A stretch of 63,574 nucleotides of DNA, the filler included, from Folioceros fuciformis (taxonomy: Eukaryota): assembly GCA_049999805.1 (NCBI GenBank). It is 4 parts of 3 records of this genome, joined end to end, with 100 filler letters (N's around TTAATTAATTAA, not from the genome) between each part and the next. Parts side by side here need not be neighbours in the genome. Positions count along the whole stretch, not along the records: positions 42,010 to 61,547 come from JBNGIO010005930.1; positions 61,648 to 63,574 come from JBNGIO010005957.1; 2 more parts are not named here. One strand, 5' to 3'. Under the pieces are notes generated by a model that ran no database searches, was not told where the DNA came from, and saw only the letters and a list, made by a program, of their open reading frames with translations. A program made the position numbers and the translations under genes. The stretch's first letter is position 1; the number at the start of each line of letters is the position of its first letter. Below are positions 57,733-63,574 of this stretch, piece after piece.

Positions 57733-59500
57733 ATGGCAGACCTGAAGTTGGTGTGTCTACGGTTGCCCGCCGTCTACCGCTCATCTTGCCCCAGGCCGAT
57801 GTCAATGCTCGATGCATGTGCACGCCACGCTACCTGCCCAAGAAGTGTGCCACTGCCTGGGCCAAGCCACTCTCTTGGTGCTGGCTGGGCTTTGTCTCCT
57901 ACACGCTTCAAAGTCTGTGAGCTGTCCTCGGAAGCTCAACGCTTCCTTTGTCCTCGCATCCGACTGGGTGAATCCGCCTCTACATCTTTGCAGATTCTGA
58001 ACCAGAATCTACAGAGTGTTGGGTCCACTGCGTCATCTCAGTCTCAGCTGGGTGGGAGACAATACATGCCGACACCAGCGCGCACCCACCTCCGCCCATC
58101 TCAAGTCTGACGCCTTTCAGTTCCGATTTGGTCTTGAAGAATTGACTGGGAGCGGGACTGCGAGAGGTCTGGTCCAAAATGTCGAGTTTTCTTTGCGAAA
58201 TCCAGCAAGCTGCTGCTTTTTCAGCCAGGCCCTGCAACCCACACACGAGCTTTTTTGGAAGGCGTTGCTTCGGCTGCAATTCGGTGGCATTCGGCTTATC
58301 TGCAAAGGTTGGTTTCCTTCAATTGCCTGAAACCTCACCTTTTGGCGATGGGGAACTAGGCGTGAATCTTCTTTATGCTTGAGTTGCCTGGAACCTCGTC
58401 TCCTGGAGATGGGGAATCAGGCTTGAACCTCCTTTCGTCTGTTTGTGAATGCTCATGCCCAGCAGCAGAGGGAGCGGAAGGTATGGCAAGTGCAGGCCAC
58501 TGCCAACATAGCGGACTATGCTTTGGGCTTTGTCGCGGAAAACATCTGGCCAGCTGTGACCAACATCGCCAGCTACGCCTTCGGGTGTGTGGAGTTCCTG
58601 GACGATGATCCGGCCAACGAAGTGGCAAGTTCCAAGAGCGTCATTCTGAAGTGGGTCATCACCATCATCGCAAATAGGCTGCAATTGAGACCCAAAGACG
58701 TGTTGCTGGACACCAAGCTGGAGGACATGGTGTTTCTGGGTGGCAAGTCCGATTCCAATTTCCGGACGGTATGCACCCCTCCACATCGATTCCCAGCACG
58801 CAGGACTTGTGTGTGCGTGTGCCCCTCCTAATCTGATATGCTAAAATCTTGTGGCGTCAACGTCTTAACCACGACCGAATTCATCGTTGCCTTGGCAGGT
58901 GGAGAGCTTGATGGACATCGAGGACCTGTTTTCTGTCATCATCCACCCCAACTACATCGACACTCTAGCATCCTACACTGTACGGGAGCTGTCAGACTTG
59001 ATCGAAAGCCAGTACCTGATAAGCCTCAAGGAGGTAGTAGCACATCCCCCGAACATCTTAGCTATTCGGCCTTGTCTGTCTCCCTCACCTGCTTGGTTGA
59101 CAGTCTAGGGGTTGCCTTCATATTGCAGCTTCAGCACACCCTGTTCAGCAAATCCTACGACTACAACGTCTTCCTACTGGAGAGGATGCTTCAAACCACA
59201 ATAGGCAACGTTCTCAACATGGACCTTAGGGACCCCAACAAGTTAGACATGAAGTTGTCTTCCTGCCAAGCCAACCCTGTGTTGCTGGTAACTTTTCCAA
59301 CGCAAGCTCCTGCCTGTTGCACCAACCAACCCTTCTTCCCTTTCTGATACTTGTGCCTGCTCATCGTCCAGATGGAGAGCCTGAGAGACTTGAAGGGCAA
59401 GTTTGGAGTGGACTTAGACTACGCCACATTCAAGGATTCCACCATCCGGGAGGTTGCTAAGCGGATAAGTTCGCACTACAGATACATAATCCGACCATAG
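57733..59500 (+). CDS. Tandem acyl-carrier-protein-like protein with long N-terminal presequence
   Basis: In-frame exons ~58463-58768, 58899-59033, 59129-59287 and 59372-59500 give two ~80-aa helical repeats: WVITIIANRLQL..LDTKLEDM..LGGKSDSNFRT|VESLMDIEDLFSV..TVRELSDLIE and MLQTTIGNVLNM..LDMKLSSCQANPVLL|MESLRDLKGKFGVDL..TIREVAKRI. The 5' exons are less certain. Confidence 0.65.
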
Positions 59501-60831
59501 TCAGGCAATCAGCACCACATACCAATCCTATTCAGCAAAAGATGCTGCTCTTGAAATTGTACAGCAAATGCCCCATTGACACGCACGGATGACGTGCATT
59601 CGCCGACTGTGAATCCATTCCACCATGTTGGTCCACTAGCCCAGTCCCAACCTCTCCCTGAGGGGTAGTGTTTGGAAGGTCTTAACTGTGCAAATATTTT
59701 GTCACAGCAGAGCTTGGACAGTTCCCCACATGCCCACCGTCCAGCAATATGAGACGAGATCGGAAGCTCTGATTTTTCCAGGGTGTGGCTGCCATGACAT
59801 AAGCAATGAGATAGAAGGAAGATATTTCTGGTTTGGGACGGGCAGCCAACAAGATGGAGCTACAGTGTGGTGGGGCATGCCAACGCCATGCAGCCATGCT
59901 CTTACTCTTTGCGCCGTCTACTCGGAGTGCTGTGTGTTGGTGTAAGCAACCGGCTTGGGTTGGTGACGTGGTGCACAACTTTTCTATCGCTTTCCTTTGT
60001 CAAGATCTTTCAGTGCCAGGGTAGGGGATCATCAAAATCCATCTCTGCGGAGAGCCCGTCGACGATGCATTGGGCGCACGCGGTGTGATCTTTTCTCCTT
60101 CCTCAGATCCGAGTCTCCGCTCTGCGCAGGCCAGGCATTTGGAGCTGTGGCCACTGTCCTTCCTCCTCAGCACACCGACCACTTCCCTTCCTCCTGCATG
60201 CGGGAGCAGGAACAGTGACTTGTCGTCGCTCCCTCTTCCGGCGCGTTTTTCGAGTTGGTGCTCAGATTTGATCTGCGAGCCGATCGCATTAAAGCAGACG
60301 CTTTGAGGAGTCGTTGCACTCCACCTTCCCTGGAAGAAATCTCGTCCTGCAGGTTCCATTCGATACCCTGGTTCTCTTACGACATGAAGCTAGGTGTTCC
60401 GGTGCTGCTCGGCGTGGCCGGAGCCCTGTGGATTCGGCTGCGGCTGTGGATTAGGACGTGCATTGTGATCGCCAGTATCATCGCGGAGGCCTTGCATGAG
60501 ACGGACTCTGGACCCTATCCGACGCCCTAGCAGGTATTCCGTGATACATTATCTCTGCCAGCCCTCAGCAGTGCCGCTGCGGTTTGTTGTTGCTGTGGCT
60601 TGGTGCCATGGCGGTGGCAGTGGCATGATATGGCAACGACACATTAAGACTAAGTTGCCGGTAGACGCTGTGCATGATCTGTTCTGAGAGATTTCCTGAC
60701 TTGCATGCAATCAGGCAAGGTCGACCTTGCAATCAAGCAAGGTACGAAGGTTTGAGGACCATTTTTCGGTGAAAGGTTTTGGATCTGCGGAGCAGTCCTC
60801 AGCAGCTGGCGCAGCGGCAGCAGCAGCAGGC

Positions 60832-61547
60832 ATGGCTAAGGAGCTTGGGGAAGCAGTATCCGGCAGCTTCGATGCCATCGTCATCGGGGCCGGGATCATG
60901 GGGAGCTGCACGGCGTACGAGCTGGCCAAGAGGGGCAAGACAGTGCTCCTCCTCGAGCAGTTCGATTTCCTCCACCACAGAGGGTCCTCCCACGGGGAAT
61001 CCCGCACCATCCGCATCACATACCCGGAGGACTACTATGTGGAGATGATGCAGGAATCATATAGGCTGTGGGAGGAAGCTGAGCACGAGGCAGGGTACGT
61101 GGTGTCGAGGAGAACAGGGCAGCTGGACTTCGGGCCAGAGGACAACCCCAGTCTGCAAGCGATCATCCGTGCCATAGAGAAGGCGGGCATCGAGCACCGG
61201 ATTCTCCTCCCTCACCAGCTGGCCCCGGAGTTTGGTCACGTCCGCATCCCGAAGGGCTGGATCGCTATACACACAGCCCACGGCGGGGTGGTCCGGGCAT
61301 CCAAGGCCGTGGCCATGTTCCAGGCCCTGGCTCTGAAGCACGGGGCGGTTCTGCGGGACAACGCCACGGTGCAGGCCGTGGATCCTTGCTGGCGGCTTCT
61401 CGGGGGCGGCCATGGCGTGCAGGTGAGAAGCAGCCGGGGGACCGCTGAGGCCGAGAGGGTGGTGATCGCAGCCGGGTCCTGGACGGGGAAGCTAGTGCGG
61501 GAGCTTTCCGGGCTGACGCTTCCCATCCAGCCCTTGCAGACGAGCAT
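60832..61547 (+). CDS. Sarcosine/pipecolate oxidase (FAD-dependent), 5' part truncated by linker
   Basis: FDAIVIGAGIMGSCTAYELAKRG (GxGxxG), LLEQFDFLHHRGSSHGESRTIR and VVIAAGSWT. Confidence 0.9.
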
Positions 61548-61647
61548 NNNNNNNNNNNNNNNNNNNNNNNNNNNNNNNNNNNNNNNNNNNNTTAATTAAT
61601 TAANNNNNNNNNNNNNNNNNNNNNNNNNNNNNNNNNNNNNNNNNNNN
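61548..61647. other. Artificial scaffold linker
   Basis: N44-TTAATTAATTAA-N44. Confidence 0.95.
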
Positions 61648-63164
61648 CTGCAGGTTGAGACCTACAGTGAATGTCCAAACGGTACAGATCACAGTCAGGA
61701 AGGCCTTTGAACACTAGCTTGTGCGGGACAGAGATAGTGTGGAACGAACAGGAAGTTCTGTCTGCTAACATGCTGTACAGTTTCAGACTCATTAGCCTGC
61801 TCAAGGACATGAGGTTCTTCGCCATTCGTGGGACATACAAAACATCTTCCAGTATCAGGTCAGTCTTGTCATGAAATACGAAAATGCATTTACCACGTCC
61901 TTCAATTCGAAGGCCTGTCTCACTCTTCTCGTCACCCAGCAGCACCTTATCATGGATATGTGAGGTGTCCAAGTACGAGAACAAGTCCTTGTCCTTGCAT
62001 TTGTGGGCAGTTGCACCTGAATCCAAGTACCAACTGTCCTTATCATGGAAGGAGTTTGAGAGACATACTGTGTAGATTCTGACTGTTCCTTTGACGTTCT
62101 CTGCAGATGAGGAAGAGTCGTTTGAGCTCTTGTCCTTAACAGCAACACTGGTGGATGCCTTCTTCTGGGGTTCCCCCGCCTTCTTTTTACGGCAGTCTCT
62201 GGCCGTGGTGGCCGGGTATACCACACCAGTTCCTGTTGCATGTCTTCTTAGGAGTTGAGCTGGATGATCCGGAATCACGTTTGTTCGCCTGGTTAGGCTT
62301 ACCCTTCTGCCCGTTAGGTTTAAACCTGGCCATCAACACTTTATCTGCCTTTGGCTTAGAGCTACCGGTAGAAAACAGGCGACTGTGCTCCTCCTGATGC
62401 AAGGCAGCCACCACATCTTCAACTGTGAGGGTGCTTGCGTTCTCGGCGGCTACAGCAGCCTGTGCTGTACACAAAGGCCCATTATACGAGCTGACAAATT
62501 GCTGAAGGGATGCAGGCAGGCTGCTCAGCAGCTGCACAACAGCATGTTCCTCAGCAATCTTGTACTTCAATGAAGCGAGCTGAGCACATAAGTGGTGGAA
62601 CTTAGTACAGTAAGGACCCACTTTCTCTCCCTCTTTCATTCTTAACGTATGATACTCTTGCCTAACAGCGCATTGTTGCATTATATTCGTGACCTGATAG
62701 GTCTTTTCTAACTGGTTCCATATCTCTATGCCCTTTGTGAGATACTCTATGTTAGGGACAAGTATGGAGTCCAATCCATTGACCAAGACTGCTACAACAA
62801 CTTGGTTATGTGCTTCCCACCTATCCTTATCAGCTTGAGTGCCTGTGGCTGAGTCAGGTTCTACAAATGAACTGCTGACCACATTCCAGACACCTCGTGC
62901 TATAAGGATGGCCTTGATACGCACTCTCCACACAGGGTACTTACTACCGTTAAACCGATCTTTCTCTTTCAAGTCTGATGTAAATGACGGGTTTGACATG
63001 TTTGTGTGTGGCTGTGCAGCAAGGATGATGGGAACTACTGGAGGGTTCGACCAAAAGAAGCATGCAAAATATGCAGCTTGGTCGACTTCACCTTCTTCTG
63101 AACTGGAAGAGGAGTGGCGATTGATGTCACTATCGTCACTATCATCGTAATCGAATCTGGACAT
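61648..63164 (-). mobile_element. Ty1/copia gag-protease region, frameshifted at the zinc knuckle
   Basis: RFNGSKYPVWRVRIKAIL, TLRMKEGEKV and QLLSSLPAS; knuckle NWCGIPGH/TARDC split by a +1 frameshift at ~62205; WYLDSGATAH, LEDVLYVP and DLYRL. Same family as 40357-41383. Confidence 0.88.
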
Positions 63165-63574
63165 GCAAGCCAGCTAAGTCTCCACCTTTAAACTATGGTT
63201 TTGGGAAGACAAAAATGATGCATTTTCGTGCTTAAAACATGTGTGTTATCTTAAATGCAGCTAATGCTGACAATGCGTGACAGGAGGCTAGACGAAGGAG
63301 GAGGCATGAGAGGGGTAGGTGAGCACCTATCTGGTCAACAGCATGCTTCTTCCTTCATCTACCTTCCATGAAACGTATATGTCCTGCAAAAGAAACTTAG
63401 TGCACTTTCAAACATGAAACGTTACTGTTGAGTTCTTTAGGGTTTCTAACTGTCATGTCGCTTGAATATGACAGGTTAGTTGGCCTATCAAACAGCAGAA
63501 GACACTAAAGATGCAAGGGACAAATCTGGAATTGTGCCCCTTCGAATCTGAATGAAAAGTCGCAGCTGTCTGGA

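Noticed and set aside
59680-60690. Several short ORFs between the ACP-like gene and sarcosine oxidase
   Set aside because: No consistent frame or domain signal; treated as intergenic/UTR.

Overview
Gene-dense eukaryotic nuclear DNA with short introns (~80-150 bp) from a seed-free land plant. A hornwort is my best inference, from a PPR PG-box of the PGxSWW type, a PTB-type phosphate transporter, a nuclear plastid-targeted uS15 and a Ku80 that keeps a DNA-PKcs-type tail. Three artificial N44-TTAATTAATTAA-N44 linkers split the window into four assembly pieces (1-26915, 27016-41909, 42010-61547, 61648-63574), so adjacency across them is unproven. Recognisable genes: organellar TrpRS, two PLS-E+ PPR editing factors, an F-box protein, an L-type lectin receptor (pseudo)kinase, Met-tRNA formyltransferase (plus a partial pseudogene copy), PP4R2, IspF, a Tat-targeted thylakoid lumen protein, an SBE3/BE1-type pseudogene, a GH63 glycosylglycerate-hydrolase-like gene, a PTB/PiT transporter with P1BS sites, Sec61-beta, Ku80, uS15, sarcosine/pipecolate oxidase, Ty1/copia remnants and minisatellites. 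Most unusual: (1) an intact, spliced stand-alone Ku80-vWA paralogue with a DxSxS/TDG MIDAS-like motif; (2) a probably organelle-targeted tandem ACP-like protein whose second domain lacks the phosphopantetheine serine; (3) a nuclear, intron-containing, plastid-targeted ribosomal protein S15 lying head-to-head with it. All gene models were spliced by eye and no database searches were run.
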